A DNA stretch of 64,000 bases, taken from the NCBI GenBank assembly GCA_050250935.1, contig JBFWNS010000001.1:192001-256000 (forward strand), given 5' to 3'. Shown here piece after piece: positions 40,726-52,887 of this stretch (position 1 is the first letter of the stretch; every line of letters begins with the position of its first letter). Source of the DNA: Candidatus Margulisiibacteriota bacterium. Lineage in GTDB: Bacteria > Margulisbacteria > Marinamargulisbacteria > JBFWNS01. The notes under the pieces are model-generated. The model saw nothing but the letters and a program-made list of their open reading frames with translations. It searched no databases and had not been told where the DNA came from. Both the position numbers and the translations under genes were made by a program.

Positions 40726-43700
40726 CTATCCGAGGATGGCTTCTTCCTCGTTGACACCTTCTTCGGTCGCTTCTAGGCGAACCCGGTTGTATCGAGCACC
40801 TCCGGTTCCGGCTGGAATCAACTTTCCGATAATGACGTTTTCTTTCAAACCATACATTGGATCGCGTTGACCTTCGATGGCGGCTTTGGTCAAAACGCTG
40901 GCAGTTTGTTGGAAGGAAGACGCTGAAATAAAGCTTTCTGTATTCAAGGAAGATCGGGTGATCCCCAACAATACACGTTCCCCAACAGCTGGGCGTTTTC
41001 CAGCTTCAACCAGGGCAATATTGACCCGTTCAAAACTGCGGATATCCACCAATTCGTTTGGCAAAAAGTCGCTGTCTCCCATGGAAATAACGTTTACTTT
41101 TCGGGTCATTTGTCGAACGATAACCTCAACGTGTTTACTGTTGATTTGTACCCCTTGAGAGCGGTATACCCGTTGAATTTCGTCGGTAAGGTAACATTGG
41201 GTTGCATAAACACCTTTTGTTTCCAACACATCGTGGGGACTGATAACCCCATCGGTCAGTTGATCACCTTTTCGAACTTTTTTACCAGAATACACTTTCA
41301 AACGGATACCGTAAGGAACTTTGTATTCTTTTTTCACCCCTTCGGTAGAGGTTACAACCAACAAGCGGTAACCATCGCCATCGGAGATCTCGACAGCGCC
41401 TTCGATTTCGCTGAGAACAGCGGCATCTTTTGGACGACGGGCTTCGAACAATTCTTCTACACGAGGCAACCCTTGAACGATGTCTTTGGTTTTGCTGGCA
41501 TCTGAACCACCAATGCGTTCTTTTGCAAGGATCTCGCCAACTTTGACTTTTTCGCCATCGTTGATAAAGAACCGAGCACCAGAAAGGATTTGGTAAGATT
41601 CACCAGGTGAAATTGAGATGGTTAACAAGGGTTCTTTGGAACGGGATTTGGTTTGTTTGGCCTCGCCTTCTTTAAAGCCGACCACAATACCCCCATTTTC
41701 CAATTGGTAACCTGAGGTGAGTTCGACTTCTGCTTTAATCCGATCGCCTTCTTTGAATCGTGCGGCAACAGATTTTAAAATGGGGAAGTCGTGAACGACT
41801 GCGGGGTTGTATACAAAAATTTCACCGTCTTTTTGGGCAAAACTTTCGATAATTTGACCGTCTTCGTCTTTACGTTCTTGAACACTGGCCCCAAAGATTT
41901 TGGCAATGCCTTCACTTTCGGAGAAAATGTATTCGTAAGATGGGTCGTATTCGGCCAAAACATCGCCAACACCGACAGGCTTTTTATCTTTGGCAGAAAC
42001 GGTACTTCCTTGAGGAATAAGGTAAACCCGTTTTTGACCATTTTCGGCCATAACATAGATATTACCTTCTCGGGTTGAAACCCAGATGGTTTTCCCTTGT
42101 TCGTCTTTAATCCGGCTGATTGGAAGATCGCTTGGTAAGGAAACCGTCCCAGCATGTTTGGCTTTAATTTCAACTTTAGAAGCACGACGCAAGTCTACCC
42201 CCCCAGTGTGGAAGGTTCTCATGGTGAGCTGTGTACCTGGCTCCCCAATGGATTGAGCAGCAATGATACCCACCGCTTCGCCAATATTGATTAACTTGCC
42301 TGAAGCCAAATCTAGTCCATAACATTTTTGGCAAATGCCCCGTTCTGCACGGCAATGATAAATGCTTCTGACCTTCAAGGAATCTTTACCGACTTCTTGA
42401 ACTTCTTTGGCTGTAGTTTCTGAAAGCAGTTCGCCCTTAGAGGCAATTTTAGCCTTGGTTTCGGGGTGCACAACGTCTTCAAGTGAAATACGACCCTCAA
42501 TTAATTCGGAAAGCGGAACAATGATGTTAATCCCGTCTTTGATTGATTGAATATCAACACCTTCTGAGGTTCCACAATCTTCTGTCGTGATCATGACATC
42601 TTGGGCGACATCCACCAAACGGCGGGTCAAATAACCCGAGTCGGCCGTACGCAAGGCGGTGTCTACCAACCCTTTTCTGGCCCCGTAAGAAGAAATGAAA
42701 TATTCGGTTAGCGACAAGCCTTCTTTAAAGTTAGACGTAATGGGAATGTTGACGGTACGACCTTGAGCGTCGGACATCAAACCCCGCATCCCGGCCAACT
42801 GTCTGACCTGGTCCATATTCCCCCGTGCACCAGAGTTAGCCATGATATAGAGGTTGTTCAAGCTCCCCAGTTCGGATTCTAGGGCACCTGCGACATCTTG
42901 GGTAACTTCTCGCCAAATATCGTTGCTTCGCAATTGGCGTTCACGCGCAGACAAGGCACCGGATTTAAAGAGTCGGGTGAGTTTTTCAACTTCTTTTTCG
43001 GCATTTTCGATGATTTCTGATTTGTTTTTGGGAACCACCAAATCGTCGATGGAAATGGAAATACCAGATCGGGTTGAATATTTGAATCCTAAACTTTTGG
43101 CCCGGTCGATGAGGCTGGAGGTGATGTCGTTTCCGTAGGTCAAATACCATTTGAAAACAGCATCAGACAATTTCTTTTTGCCCAATACATCGTTCATAAA
43201 TTCGGTGGGTGGGCAACCATGTTCGGCCAATACTTCCCACACGGCGGTGTTGAAGACCACACGGCCCATGGTGGTTTGGTAACGCTGTCCATTGATTTTG
43301 ACAACCAAGGGGCTTTGAATGGTTAAAATTCCCGCTTCCCAAGCTCGGAAAGCTTCGTCAACACTGGCAAAACATTTTGGCTTTTGAGCCGCCAATTCTT
43401 GGTTTTCGGCTGTGAGGTAGTAACAACCCAACACCATATCTTGGGTTGGGGTTACGATGGAACGACCGCTGCTGGGAGACAAAATGTTGTTGGTTGACAT
43501 GATCAACAAGCGACACTCAGCTTGGGCTTCCAAAGACAGGGGTACGTGAACAGCCATTTGGTCACCGTCAAAGTCGGCGTTAAACGCAGAACAAACCAAG
43601 GGGTGAATTTGAATCGCAGATCCTTCAACCAAGATGGGTTCGAAGGCTTGAATCCCCAAACGGTGCAAGGTAGGTGCACGGTTCAATAGAACAGGCTGAC

Positions 43701-44934
43701 CTTTAATGACAGATTCCAAAATATCCCAAACAATGACTTCTCTGGCTTCTATTTTGCGCTTAGCGCTTTTAACGTTAGAAGCATGACCCGCATCCACCAA
43801 ACGACGGATGACGAAGGGCTTAAACAATTCCAGGGCCATTTCTTTTGGCAATCCGCATTGATGGAACTTCAAGTGAGGACCAACAACAATGACGGAACGG
43901 CCAGAATAGTCGACCCGTTTACCCAAAAGGTTTTGACGGAAACGACCTTGTTTCCCTTCAATGATATTCCCCAAAGATTTTAAAGGACGACCATTTGAAC
44001 CGGTAACAGAACGACCCCGTTTGCCGTTTGAAATCAAAACATCCACGGCTTCTTGAAGCATCCGCTTTTCGTTTCGGACGATCATTTCTGGGGCACCGAT
44101 ATCCATCAAACGTTTCAATCGGTTGTTCCGATTGACCACACGGCGGTACAAATCGTTTAAGTCGGAAGTTGCAAAACGGCCACCTTCCAACTGAACCATA
44201 GGGCGCAAGTCTGGGGGCATAACCGGAATGGCTTCCAAAATCATCCACTCGGGTTGATTTCCAGATTTGTACAAGGATTCAACGATACGAAGGCGTTTGG
44301 TGATTTTAAGGCGTTTTTGACCTTTTAATTCGTCTAGGTTTTCTCGGAGTTCGCCAATAATTTTTTTAAGATCCATGCCGGCCAAAATTTTCTTGATGGC
44401 CCCAGCACCCATTTCGGCTTTGAAACGGTCACCAAATTTTTCTCTGAGTTTTACGTATTCTGAAGTGCTGACCACTTGTTTAACTTCCACGCTTCCAGCC
44501 AATTCTGGACCCGCTTCTGTGACAATGTATGAATCATAATAGACCACTTCTTCCAACTGACGAGACGACATGTCCAACAAAAGGCCCATATAGCTGGGTA
44601 TCCCTTTTAAAAACCAAATGTGAGAAACATCGGCGGCCAATTCAATATGGCCCATGCGTTCACGACGAACCTTGGAATGGGTGACTTCCACACCACAGCG
44701 TTCGCAGACAATACCGCGATAACGAACCCGGCGGTATTTACCGCAGGAACATTCCCAATCTTTGACAGGGCCAAAGATTTTTTCGCAAAACAACCCCTTG
44801 CGTTCTGGCTTGAACGTTCGGTAGTTAATGGTTTCTGGTTTTTCAACCTCCCCGTAAGACCAAAAACGGATCTTATCGGGGGAGGCCAAACCAATTTCTA
44901 GAAAATCAAAATCGCTGGGGCTGTTAACAAGCAT
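40726..44934 (-). CDS. rpoC: RNA polymerase beta' subunit, unsplit, with SI3 insertion
   Basis: [12 protein letters not shown], Zn finger CSC...CERC, RTFHTGG; start ATG 44934 with AGGAG SD. Confidence 0.99.
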   Translation of the reverse strand: MLVNSPSDFDFLEIGLASPDKIRFWSYGEVEKPETINYRTFKPERKGLFCEKIFGPVKDWECSCGKYRRVRYRGIVCERCGVEVTHSKVRRERMGHIELAADVSHIWFLKGIPSYMGLLLDMSSRQLEEVVYYDSYIVTEAGPELAGSVEVKQVVSTSEYVKLREKFGDRFKAEMGAGAIKKILAGMDLKKIIGELRENLDELKGQKRLKITKRLRIVESLYKSGNQPEWMILEAIPVMPPDLRPMVQLEGGRFATSDLNDLYRRVVNRNNRLKRLMDIGAPEMIVRNEKRMLQEAVDVLISNGKRGRSVTGSNGRPLKSLGNIIEGKQGRFRQNLLGKRVDYSGRSVIVVGPHLKFHQCGLPKEMALELFKPFVIRRLVDAGHASNVKSAKRKIEAREVIVWDILESVIKGQPVLLNRAPTLHRLGIQAFEPILVEGSAIQIHPLVCSAFNADFDGDQMAVHVPLSLEAQAECRLLIMSTNNILSPSSGRSIVTPTQDMVLGCYYLTAENQELAAQKPKCFASVDEAFRAWEAGILTIQSPLVVKINGQRYQTTMGRVVFNTAVWEVLAEHGCPPTEFMNDVLGKKKLSDAVFKWYLTYGNDITSSLIDRAKSLGFKYSTRSGISISIDDLVVPKNKSEIIENAEKEVEKLTRLFKSGALSARERQLRSNDIWREVTQDVAGALESELGSLNNLYIMANSGARGNMDQVRQLAGMRGLMSDAQGRTVNIPITSNFKEGLSLTEYFISSYGARKGLVDTALRTADSGYLTRRLVDVAQDVMITTEDCGTSEGVDIQSIKDGINIIVPLSELIEGRISLEDVVHPETKAKIASKGELLSETTAKEVQEVGKDSLKVRSIYHCRAERGICQKCYGLDLASGKLINIGEAVGIIAAQSIGEPGTQLTMRTFHTGGVDLRRASKVEIKAKHAGTVSLPSDLPISRIKDEQGKTIWVSTREGNIYVMAENGQKRVYLIPQGSTVSAKDKKPVGVGDVLAEYDPSYEYIFSESEGIAKIFGASVQERKDEDGQIIESFAQKDGEIFVYNPAVVHDFPILKSVAARFKEGDRIKAEVELTSGYQLENGGIVVGFKEGEAKQTKSRSKEPLLTISISPGESYQILSGARFFINDGEKVKVGEILAKERIGGSDASKTKDIVQGLPRVEELFEARRPKDAAVLSEIEGAVEISDGDGYRLLVVTSTEGVKKEYKVPYGIRLKVYSGKKVRKGDQLTDGVISPHDVLETKGVYATQCYLTDEIQRVYRSQGVQINSKHVEVIVRQMTRKVNVISMGDSDFLPNELVDIRSFERVNIALVEAGKRPAVGERVLLGITRSSLNTESFISASSFQQTASVLTKAAIEGQRDPMYGLKENVIIGKLIPAGTGGARYNRVRLEATEEGVNEEEAILG

Positions 44935-44954
44935 CGGTGCATTTCTCCTTTTGT

Positions 44955-47900
44955 CTATCGCGTATCCACTTCGGTGCCGTCTTCGGAGACAACACGAACA
45001 TCCAATGCAATTGAACGCAATTCTCGCAACAAGACGCGGAACGATTCTGGGGTTCCAGGGCGAGACAAACATTTGCCTTTGATAATGGCTTCGTAGGCTT
45101 TTGAACGGCCGGTTAAATCGTCGGATTTAATGGTCAGCATTTCTTGGAGAGTGTGCGCTGCACCGTAAGCCTCCAAGGCCCATACTTCCATTTCCCCAAA
45201 CCGTTGGCCCCCATACTGCGCTTTACCCCCCAGCGGCTGCTGGGTAACCAAAGAGTAGGGTCCAGTGGATCTTGCATGGATTTTGTCTTCAACCAAGTGA
45301 ATCAGTTTCAACATATACATGCTTCCCACGGTGACTTCACGCTCGAAAGGCTGGCCGGTACGACCGTCGCGAAGGGCAACTTTTCCCGAGGGTTTTACCC
45401 AGGTGTATTGGTCTTCTTTTGAAGCATCAATCAGTTTGCCTTCTACCGATTTTACTGAAGCCAATTCGTCAAAAGCTTCATCGAACAACTGAACTTGATA
45501 GTTTTCGCCCAAAACATGGGAAGCCATTCCCAACAGGGTTTCGAAAAGCTGGCCCACGTTCATCCGTGAAGGAACCCCTAGGGGGTTCAAAATGACGTCA
45601 ATCGCTTCTCCGTTGGGCAAGAAAGGCATGTCTTCTACGGGCAAAATAGTTGAAATAACCCCTTTGTTTCCGTGGCGTCCTGCCATTTTGTCCCCAATTG
45701 AGATTTTACGAAGCTGGGCTACATAAACGCGAACAATACAATTGACTCCTGGAGGCAAGTTATCGCTGGTTTCTCTAGAGAAAACCCGAACACCAATTAC
45801 TTTTCCAGTTACGCCTGAAGATACACGTAGCGAGGTATCGCGCATGTCTCTGGCTTTGTCGCCAAAAATAGCGCGGAGTAGTTTTTCTTCTGCTGGGGGT
45901 TCTGTCTCCCCTTTTGGGGTTACTTTACCGACCAAAATATTACCAGCGCGGACAACAGCACCGACCCGAACAATCCCGTTTTCGTCGAGATTCGACAGGG
46001 CATCTTCGGATACGTTGGGAACCTCGCGGGTGATTTCTTCTGGGCCCAATTTGGTGGTTCGAACATCCACTTCGTACTTGTGAATGTGAATGGACGAGAA
46101 GGTGTCTTCTTTAACCAGTTTTTCGGAGATGATAATAGCGTCTTCGAAGTTGTACCCTTCCCAAGGCAAAAAGGCGACCAGAACGTTGCGTCCCAAGGCC
46201 AATTCTCCCATTTGGGTCGAAGCTCCATCCGCAATCACCTGATCTTTTTCAACCTTATCGCCTTCGCGAACGATGGGCTTTTGGTTTTTACAAGTGTTTT
46301 GATTCGAGCGCAGGTACTTTTGCAACAAATAAACATCGTCTTTGTCTTTAGACCCTTCAGGTTTAATGACAATTTCTTCGCCGGTTACTTTTTTGACAAC
46401 CCCTGCCCGCTTGGCTTTTACCAAACTGCAAGAATCTCGGGCAACCACTTGTTCGATCCCTGTCCCAATAAAGGGAGCCTTGGGGTGAAGCAAGGGCACA
46501 GCTTGACGTTGCATGTTCGCACCCATCAAAGCCCGGTTGGCGTCATCATGCTCCAAGAAGGGAATCAAGGCACAAGAAACCCCCAACAATTGCTGAGGAG
46601 AAACGCCAATATAGTGCACATCGCTGGGGCTCATAATCACGAATTCGCGGTTATAGCGACCCACCACTTGTTTGCCCTTGATTTTCCCGTTTTGAGTGGG
46701 CGTATCCCAAGGGGCGATGACATATTTGTCTTCGATATCGGCTGTGAAATATTCGATTTTGTCTGTGATTTTGCCGTCTTCAACTTTGTAGTAGGGGGTT
46801 TCAATGAAACCGAACTCGTTGATTTTAGCGTAGGTGGCCAAAGGACCGATCAAACCGGCGTTTGGACCTTCTGGGGTTTCAATCGGACAAATACGTCCGT
46901 AATGAGAAGGATGAATATCCCGAACTTCGAAACCAGCACGTTCCTTGGTCAAACCACCAGGTCCCAAGGCACTCAAGCGTCGCTTGTGGGCAATTTCGGC
47001 CAAGGGGTTGGTTTGGTCCATAAATTGGGACAGCTGAGAGCTTCCAAAGAACTCTCTCATGATGGCCACCAAAGGACGAATGTTGATGAGGTGTTGGGGA
47101 ACGATTCTTTCGTTGCCTTTGACTGCCATTTGTTCTCGGATCGAACGCTCCAAACGGGCCAAACCAATTCGGAATTGTTTTTGAAGCTGTTCGCCAACAC
47201 TGCGAATACGACGGTTACCCAAGTGATCGATGTCGTCTGTACTGCCTTCGCCACGGATCAAATCGATGATTTGGTTCACTACAGAAATGATGTCATCGTT
47301 ACACAATACTGTTGTGTTGATGTCCACATCCAATTCAAGTCGTCGGTTAATTCTGTAACGACCTACTTTGGCCAAATCGTATTTTCCTGGATCAAAGAAA
47401 AGGTTGTTTAGTAACAACTTCGCGCCTTCTAGGGTGACTGGGTCTCCAGGGCGAAGTTTACGGTGAATTTCAAACAAGGCATCTTTTTGAGACTCCACAG
47501 GTCCTTTTTCAAGGGTTCTGGTGATGATGTCTTTGTCTTTGGCAAGTTTTAAAATATCTTCTTCGGTATACCCCAAGGCACCCAAAAGAACGGTTACAGG
47601 CAACTTTTTGATTTTGTTGATATTCGCATAGATAACCTGGTTGACATCGGTTTCGATTTCAAGCCAAGCGCCTCGGTTAGGGATGATGGTTGCCAAATAG
47701 GTAACACGGTCTGCGATACCAATTTTTTTTCTGAAATAAACACCTGGTGATCGAATAAACTGACTGACGACCACACGTTCTGAACCGTTAACCAAGAAGG
47801 TTCCCATATCGGACATTACGGGAATATCACTCATGAAGACTTCTTGTTCGGTGATTTCGCCCGTTTCTCTGTTAATTAAACGAACCGGAACCCGTAACGA

Positions 47901-48173
47901 AGCCGAGTAGGTGATTTCGCGGTGCTTGCATTCTTCAAATGAAAATTCTGGCTCATCCAAATGATAGCCATCCAAAAACTCCAATTCATATTTGCCGCCG
48001 TAGGCAACAATGGGAGAAATATTTTTAAATTCTTCTTTAAGGCCTTCATCAATAAACTTTTTGAAGGAATTGAGCTGAATCTCGATCAGATTCGGGATTT
48101 CAAGACGATTTTCGGGGGCTTTGGCATTCAACAGAACGCGTTTTCTCGGTTTTAAAACTTGCACGAGTTTCAC
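44955..48173 (-). CDS. rpoB: RNA polymerase beta subunit
   Basis: [42 protein letters not shown]. Confidence 0.99.
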   Translation of the reverse strand: MKLVQVLKPRKRVLLNAKAPENRLEIPNLIEIQLNSFKKFIDEGLKEEFKNISPIVAYGGKYELEFLDGYHLDEPEFSFEECKHREITYSASLRVPVRLINRETGEITEQEVFMSDIPVMSDMGTFLVNGSERVVVSQFIRSPGVYFRKKIGIADRVTYLATIIPNRGAWLEIETDVNQVIYANINKIKKLPVTVLLGALGYTEEDILKLAKDKDIITRTLEKGPVESQKDALFEIHRKLRPGDPVTLEGAKLLLNNLFFDPGKYDLAKVGRYRINRRLELDVDINTTVLCNDDIISVVNQIIDLIRGEGSTDDIDHLGNRRIRSVGEQLQKQFRIGLARLERSIREQMAVKGNERIVPQHLINIRPLVAIMREFFGSSQLSQFMDQTNPLAEIAHKRRLSALGPGGLTKERAGFEVRDIHPSHYGRICPIETPEGPNAGLIGPLATYAKINEFGFIETPYYKVEDGKITDKIEYFTADIEDKYVIAPWDTPTQNGKIKGKQVVGRYNREFVIMSPSDVHYIGVSPQQLLGVSCALIPFLEHDDANRALMGANMQRQAVPLLHPKAPFIGTGIEQVVARDSCSLVKAKRAGVVKKVTGEEIVIKPEGSKDKDDVYLLQKYLRSNQNTCKNQKPIVREGDKVEKDQVIADGASTQMGELALGRNVLVAFLPWEGYNFEDAIIISEKLVKEDTFSSIHIHKYEVDVRTTKLGPEEITREVPNVSEDALSNLDENGIVRVGAVVRAGNILVGKVTPKGETEPPAEEKLLRAIFGDKARDMRDTSLRVSSGVTGKVIGVRVFSRETSDNLPPGVNCIVRVYVAQLRKISIGDKMAGRHGNKGVISTILPVEDMPFLPNGEAIDVILNPLGVPSRMNVGQLFETLLGMASHVLGENYQVQLFDEAFDELASVKSVEGKLIDASKEDQYTWVKPSGKVALRDGRTGQPFEREVTVGSMYMLKLIHLVEDKIHARSTGPYSLVTQQPLGGKAQYGGQRFGEMEVWALEAYGAAHTLQEMLTIKSDDLTGRSKAYEAIIKGKCLSRPGTPESFRVLLRELRSIALDVRVVSEDGTEVDTR

Positions 48174-48189
48174 CTCTTCATAAAACTGA

Positions 48190-48223
48190 GACCTGAGATC
48201 GAGCGTGGGCTCTCTCTCAGGTC
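48190..48223 (-). promoter_or_regulatory. Stem-loop in the rplL-rpoB spacer (possible attenuator or processing site)
   Basis: GACCTGAGA/TCTCAGGTC 9-bp stem plus inner GAGC/GCTC, followed by TCAGTTTT on the minus strand. Confidence 0.45.
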
Positions 48224-48279
48224 ATCGTTTAGGCAGTAGATTTTTGGAAATAAGACGGAAGGACAAACAAGAGCATCAA

Positions 48280-48687
48280 CTATTTGATTTCTACAGAACC
48301 ACCTTGTTCTTCGAGCTCTTTTTTGATTTTTTCGGCTTCTTCGCGAGAAATGCCTTCTTTAACTGGTTTAGGTGTCGCGTCTACCAAGTCTTTGGCTTCT
48401 TTCAAGCCCAAGCCGGTGATTTCACGAACGGCTTTCAATACTTGGATTTTTTTGTCGCCACAACCGGTCAAGATGACAGAAACGGTTGCATCAGCAGCGG
48501 GGGCTTCAGCAGCGCCACCAGCGGCAGGAGCAGCAGCAACTGCAACAGGGGCAGCGGCCACAACACCAAATTTGTCTTCCAAGGCTTTAACCAATTGAGA
48601 CAACTCTAAAACAGTCAATTTCTCGACGGTTTCGATAACGGACTTAGCGGCTGCGGACAATTCGATCGTGGTAGTTTCTGCGGACAT
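48280..48687 (-). CDS. rplL: 50S ribosomal protein L7/L12
   Basis: LEDKFGV, Ala-rich hinge, [11 protein letters not shown]. Confidence 0.98.
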   Translation of the reverse strand: MSAETTTIELSAAAKSVIETVEKLTVLELSQLVKALEDKFGVVAAAPVAVAAAPAAGGAAEAPAADATVSVILTGCGDKKIQVLKAVREITGLGLKEAKDLVDATPKPVKEGISREEAEKIKKELEEQGGSVEIK

Positions 48688-48707
48688 GTTAGGACCTCCT
48701 GAAAAAA

Positions 48708-49232
48708 TTATTCTTTGTTATTTTTGATCGCGTTTAGTGTGTAGATGAAACCCAAAATTGGACTGTTAAGCGATCGGACCAATCCAGTAATGGGGGACTT
48801 AATCGAGCCAATTGCCTTCGCAATGAGCACCTCTTTTGAGGGCAATTTGGACAGCGCTTTTAAGTCGGCTTCACCAATGACATTCTGTTCAACAATGGCA
48901 CCATGGACACTGAGGGTTCCACCAGATTGTTCAGCAAAATCAACCACAATTTTTGCTGTTCGGACGGGATCTTCCGAAGAGTTAACCAAAATGGAGGGAC
49001 CATTGAACATGTCATCACACTGTTGATAGTTCAGCTGATGAAGGGCAATTTTAGCCAAGGTGTTTTTGCAGACCAACGCATGGGCACCTTGTTTTCTGAG
49101 CTGACTTCTGAACGAGGTCATGTCAGAAACAGACACACCGCTGTATCTTGCGAATACAACGATGGATGAGGACTGAACCTTCTCCTTTACTTTCTCGATT
49201 ACATCGATTTTTTCCTGGCGAATAACGGGCAT
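48708..49232 (-). CDS. rplJ: 50S ribosomal protein L10
   Basis: [19 protein letters not shown] 49232 overlaps the rplA stop (TAATG). Confidence 0.96.
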   Translation of the reverse strand: MPVIRQEKIDVIEKVKEKVQSSSIVVFARYSGVSVSDMTSFRSQLRKQGAHALVCKNTLAKIALHQLNYQQCDDMFNGPSILVNSSEDPVRTAKIVVDFAEQSGGTLSVHGAIVEQNVIGEADLKALSKLPSKEVLIAKAIGSIKSPITGLVRSLNSPILGFIYTLNAIKNNKE

Positions 49233-49939
49233 TATTGCTCCTCCTTCCATTTCAACCGAGAAGGCTCAACACGCACGCCTGGGCCCATGGTGGTGCACAG
49301 GGTAATGCTTTTGAGATAAACCCCTTTGGATTTGTTGGGTTTTACCTTTTGGATTGTGTCGTAGACCGCTTTGAAGTTATCCAAAAGCTGCTCGTTTGAG
49401 AATGACTTCTTGCCGATACGCATGTGAATTAAACCGGCTTTGTCATTTCTGTATTCCAATTTGCCAGATTTGAATTCTTTAACGGCTGTGGCAATGTTGG
49501 GGGTTACCGTTCCACTTTTGGGATTGGGCATTAACCCTTTAGCACCCAGGGTTTTACCCAATTTACTGATCTTGGCCATCATGTCTGGAGCCGCAACCAC
49601 CAAATCGAAATCAAACCAGCCGCCTTGGATTTTTTCCACCAAATCTTCGCCGCCTACAAAATCGGCACCAGCATCTTTGGCTGCGATGAGCTGTTCGCCT
49701 TGGGCAAAAACCAACACCCGAACATCTTTACCACTGCCATGGGGAAGAACCAAGGTTCCTCTGAGCTGCTGATCAGCTTGCTTGGGATCAATACCCAAAC
49801 CAAAATGCACTTCAACCGTTTCATCAAACTTGGCGAATGCGGCATCTTTAACGAGCTGCAATGCCTCTTTGGGACTAAGCGCGTCTTGGGATTTAACCAA
49901 AGCGGCTTTCTCTATGTATTTTTTTCCTCGAGTCTTCAT
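49232..49939 (-). CDS. rplA: 50S ribosomal protein L1
   Basis: [31 protein letters not shown]. Confidence 0.98.
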   Translation of the reverse strand: MKTRGKKYIEKAALVKSQDALSPKEALQLVKDAAFAKFDETVEVHFGLGIDPKQADQQLRGTLVLPHGSGKDVRVLVFAQGEQLIAAKDAGADFVGGEDLVEKIQGGWFDFDLVVAAPDMMAKISKLGKTLGAKGLMPNPKSGTVTPNIATAVKEFKSGKLEYRNDKAGLIHMRIGKKSFSNEQLLDNFKAVYDTIQKVKPNKSKGVYLKSITLCTTMGPGVRVEPSRLKWKEEQ

Positions 49940-50403
49940 CCTTGCACCTTCACTCCCATGCTTTTTGCGGTCCCTTTAATGATCTTTTTGGCCGCCTCGA
50001 TATCACCTGCGTTTAAATCGCTCATTTTGCTGTGGGCAATTTCTTCGATTTGTTTGTCGGTGATCGTCCCCACGATATTCACGTTGGGTCTTGCAGACCC
50101 TTTATCAACACCGATGGCCTTTAGAATCAGAACCGATGCTGGTGGGGTTTTTAGAACAAACGTGAAAGATCGATCGCCATAAACGGTGATTTCGACAGGA
50201 ACAACCATGTTGCCCTTATCTTTGGTTTGTTCGTTATAAGCTTTGCAAAACTCCATGATGTTCACACCATGTTGACCCAAAGCTGGACCGATTGGTGGTG
50301 CTGGGTTTGCTTTCCCAGCAACAATTTGAAGCTTAATTTTGGCCTGGACTGCTTTTCCGCCTTTGGCCCCTGGTTTCCCAGTTTCTTGAGGTTTTTTACT
50401 CAT
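49936..50403 (-). CDS. rplK: 50S ribosomal protein L11
   Basis: [29 protein letters not shown]. Confidence 0.98.
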   Translation of the reverse strand: MSKKPQETGKPGAKGGKAVQAKIKLQIVAGKANPAPPIGPALGQHGVNIMEFCKAYNEQTKDKGNMVVPVEITVYGDRSFTFVLKTPPASVLILKAIGVDKGSARPNVNIVGTITDKQIEEIAHSKMSDLNAGDIEAAKKIIKGTAKSMGVKVQG

Positions 50404-50431
50404 CTGCTCGACACCTTATCCTTACAAAAAA

Positions 50432-51040
50432 TTATTCGACTGCTTTTTCTACCTGATCGAACTCGAGTTCGACAGGGGTTTCTCGACCGAAAATAGAGAT
50501 GAGGGCTTTCAACTTGCCCCGTTCTGCATTGATTTCGGAAATCGGACCTGAGTAGCCGCGGAAAGGTCCCGCAATGACTTTGATCACTTCACCATTTTCA
50601 AAATCAACATCGATCTTACGGGTCTTTTCGCCCACTTTTCTGAGAACACGGAGAATTTCTTCTTCGGTGACAGGGGTCGCATGGGTTTTGGTTCCAACAA
50701 ATTTCGCCACACCCATCAATTGGCGAATTTCGTAGTACAGGGGATCGGACATGATCATTTCAACAAACACATATCCTGGGAAAATCTTGGAGATCTTCTC
50801 GACGCGTTTGTTATTTTTAATTTCGATGACCTCTTCTTCAGGAACCAAAACGCGGAAAATCTGGTTTTGAAAACCTTTTTCTTCGATGAGGGCCAAAATT
50901 CGGGTTTCTACTTTGTATTCTTTACCGGTAAGGCATTGCAAGATATACCAAGCGCGGCCATCGGCTTGTGGCGCAGAACCTGCGCTTTCTGCTTCGGCTT
51001 GGGGTGTTTCTAGCTCGGTATTTTCTGTTTCTAATGACAT
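50432..51040 (-). CDS. nusG: Transcription factor NusG
   Basis: [35 protein letters not shown]. Confidence 0.97.
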   Translation of the reverse strand: MSLETENTELETPQAEAESAGSAPQADGRAWYILQCLTGKEYKVETRILALIEEKGFQNQIFRVLVPEEEVIEIKNNKRVEKISKIFPGYVFVEMIMSDPLYYEIRQLMGVAKFVGTKTHATPVTEEEILRVLRKVGEKTRKIDVDFENGEVIKVIAGPFRGYSGPISEINAERGKLKALISIFGRETPVELEFDQVEKAVE

Positions 51041-51072
51041 ATCAAGAATCCTAAACGTTATAAAAGTATACT

Positions 51073-51255
51073 TTACAGACCGCGGATGAGACCCATGGCC
51101 TGAGATAAAGAAAAATCGATTGAACCAACAACAACTGCAACGACAAACACAATTAATACCACAATGCCGGTTGATTTGGCCACGACATCACGGCTGGGCC
51201 AGATGACCTTGCTTAATTCTTCGCGACTTTGGTGGAGGAAGGACACTACATTCAT
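51073..51255 (-). CDS. secE: Preprotein translocase SecE
   Basis: [10 protein letters not shown] plus a single TM; tRNA-Trp-secE-nusG synteny. Confidence 0.95.
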   Translation of the reverse strand: MNVVSFLHQSREELSKVIWPSRDVVAKSTGIVVLIVFVVAVVVGSIDFSLSQAMGLIRGL

Positions 51256-51293
51256 AAATTTTATTTTAAACTCAATTTTTTCCGGGAAGATTC

Positions 51294-51370
51294 TGGCAGG
51301 CCCGGTCGGATTCGAACCGACAACACTCGGTTTTGGAGACCGATGCTCTACCAGTTGGAGCTACGGACCT
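51294..51370 (-). tRNA. tRNA-Trp(CCA)
   Basis: AGGTCCG...CGGGCCT-G-CCA, anticodon loop CTCCAAA. Confidence 0.97.
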
Positions 51371-51378
51371 ATGTGACA

Positions 51379-51531
51379 CTATTTGGTCTCTTGGTGAACA
51401 GTCGATTTACGGCAAAATTTGCAGTATTTCTTTAGTTTGATTTTTTCTGTGGTGTTTTTTTTGTTTTTTCTTGTGCTGTATGCGCTGCCACACCCAGGCT
51501 CTGCACACACCAATGTTACCAAAACTCTCAT
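51379..51531 (-). CDS. rpmG: 50S ribosomal protein L33
   Basis: Below the ORF-track cutoff; manual translation [50 protein letters not shown]. Confidence 0.95.
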   Translation of the reverse strand: MRVLVTLVCAEPGCGSAYSTRKNKKNTTEKIKLKKYCKFCRKSTVHQETK

Positions 51532-51567
51532 GGCTGATCCTTTAAAACTTGCAAAGTAAGACGTAAG

Positions 51568-51597
51568 ACGGTATCACAGCAATGATGAGGGTGTCAA
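51568..51597 (-). promoter_or_regulatory. Putative sigma70 promoter heading the rpmG-tRNA-Trp-secE-nusG cluster
   Basis: Minus strand TTGACA-18 bp (ending TGA)-TACCGT; the -35 overlaps the stop codon of the upstream ATP-grasp gene. Confidence 0.6.
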
Positions 51598-52820
51598 TAA
51601 CTTCTAGGGTTTGGTTTGACATACGTTTTGCAGGTTAAAAAGAAGGTTTTGTAAGACGCCAACAGATCGGAAATCAAGTCCGCTTCGTTGTTTTTAACCG
51701 TTAGGCGCCCTGGTTTTGGATTGATTTCCAACACCAACGGCATGGGGCCTGCTGGGCTGTCTTGAAGGATGATATCGATGCCAAAAAACGAAATAAGTTG
51801 GTTTAGAAGAGGGTCTTTTTCCAGGCCCGATCCCCACAAAACGGCTTGGAGCACTTTTTCGATTTCATGCTCGATGTGAATCCAAACCTGTTGGGGGTTG
51901 GACAGGGTCGAAAAATAGGCCGTTGCTGTTTCATAGCCAGCCCTTGCCGTAATGGAATTGGCAGAATTGTCGAGATTTTTTTCAGAAAAGGGTTGATTGG
52001 CCACCCGAACCTTGGCTTGGCGAAAGACCTGAAACCGTAGCGGCGCCCATGAATAAACAGCAACATTAATGCGCAGGTCGGCCTTGCATCCTTTATACAG
52101 CACCGAATCGGCGATGAACCTTTGGACCACATAGCTGGAAGGCGGCAATGACTTGAGGGTTGTGGCAAACTCCGCTTGAGTTTCTGGGGTTACCACATAA
52201 ACCGACTCGCTTCTGGAGCCTAAGTCAGACTTCACCACAATGGCATCGGCCATGCTTAATTGTTGGGACAGTTGAGTTAAAGCCTGGTCTGCATTTAAGG
52301 CGATTTGAGTGTAAGGACGAGGAATGGGTTCGTTTAGGCGTGCATCGGCGGCTTTAAAATAGGTTTCCAAAGCACATTTTCCACAGTGAGCCAAAACAGG
52401 GTCATAGGTAAACACACTGTTTTTCCAGAAGGTTTTGAGCAAGTATTGAATGTAGGCACAGGCCAAATCGCGCTCGCTGATGGGTATGGATGACAGAACA
52501 CCCCGTTGCCGAAGGCTATTAAGGGCTTTCTGATTTTGAGGATTTTCTATAACGGCGGAGGTCCCAGGACATTCATCTAAAATGAGGGCTGGCTCTAGGG
52601 GTTCGGGATCTTCGATTCGAACGGTTCCGGCCGCTGTTTTTTCTACGCCTTTGCAGACCCATACGGATTCATCTTGAATCTTAAGGTGATTCCAGGAGGT
52701 GATGACCACCCGAAATCCACAGTCCACCAAGCACTCGCTGATGGGCTCGAAATCGTCGAAGGTCCTGAAGGAAAGTCCCTCTGGCGCATAGGCATCGGTG
52801 AGTAAATAGAGGAGATCCAT
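51594..52820 (-). CDS. ATP-grasp ligase of the tubulin-tyrosine ligase (TTL/TTLL)-like family
   Basis: IVVKSDLGSRSESVYVV, YVVQRFIADSVLYKGCKADLRINVAVYSWAPLRFQVF, KVRVANQPF, FFGIDIIL, LVLEINPKP follow the TTL motif order. Confidence 0.75.
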   Translation of the reverse strand: MDLLYLLTDAYAPEGLSFRTFDDFEPISECLVDCGFRVVITSWNHLKIQDESVWVCKGVEKTAAGTVRIEDPEPLEPALILDECPGTSAVIENPQNQKALNSLRQRGVLSSIPISERDLACAYIQYLLKTFWKNSVFTYDPVLAHCGKCALETYFKAADARLNEPIPRPYTQIALNADQALTQLSQQLSMADAIVVKSDLGSRSESVYVVTPETQAEFATTLKSLPPSSYVVQRFIADSVLYKGCKADLRINVAVYSWAPLRFQVFRQAKVRVANQPFSEKNLDNSANSITARAGYETATAYFSTLSNPQQVWIHIEHEIEKVLQAVLWGSGLEKDPLLNQLISFFGIDIILQDSPAGPMPLVLEINPKPGRLTVKNNEADLISDLLASYKTFFLTCKTYVKPNPRSY

Positions 52821-52887
52821 GGGCTTATTTTAGGGATATCATTCAAAAAATTCCATTTTTATTCATCTTACGTTACACTACCCCGAC

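Noticed and set aside
44935..45072. Extended RpoC N-terminus in the ORF track (similarly fusA, rplM, rpsC, infA, rplJ, tolC)
   Set aside because: Extensions overlap upstream genes or lack homology; conserved N-termini and SD motifs support the shorter starts.
46080..47411. 443-aa ORF on the + strand
   Set aside because: Entirely antisense to rpoB, with no recognisable motifs; a typical shadow ORF produced by codon bias.
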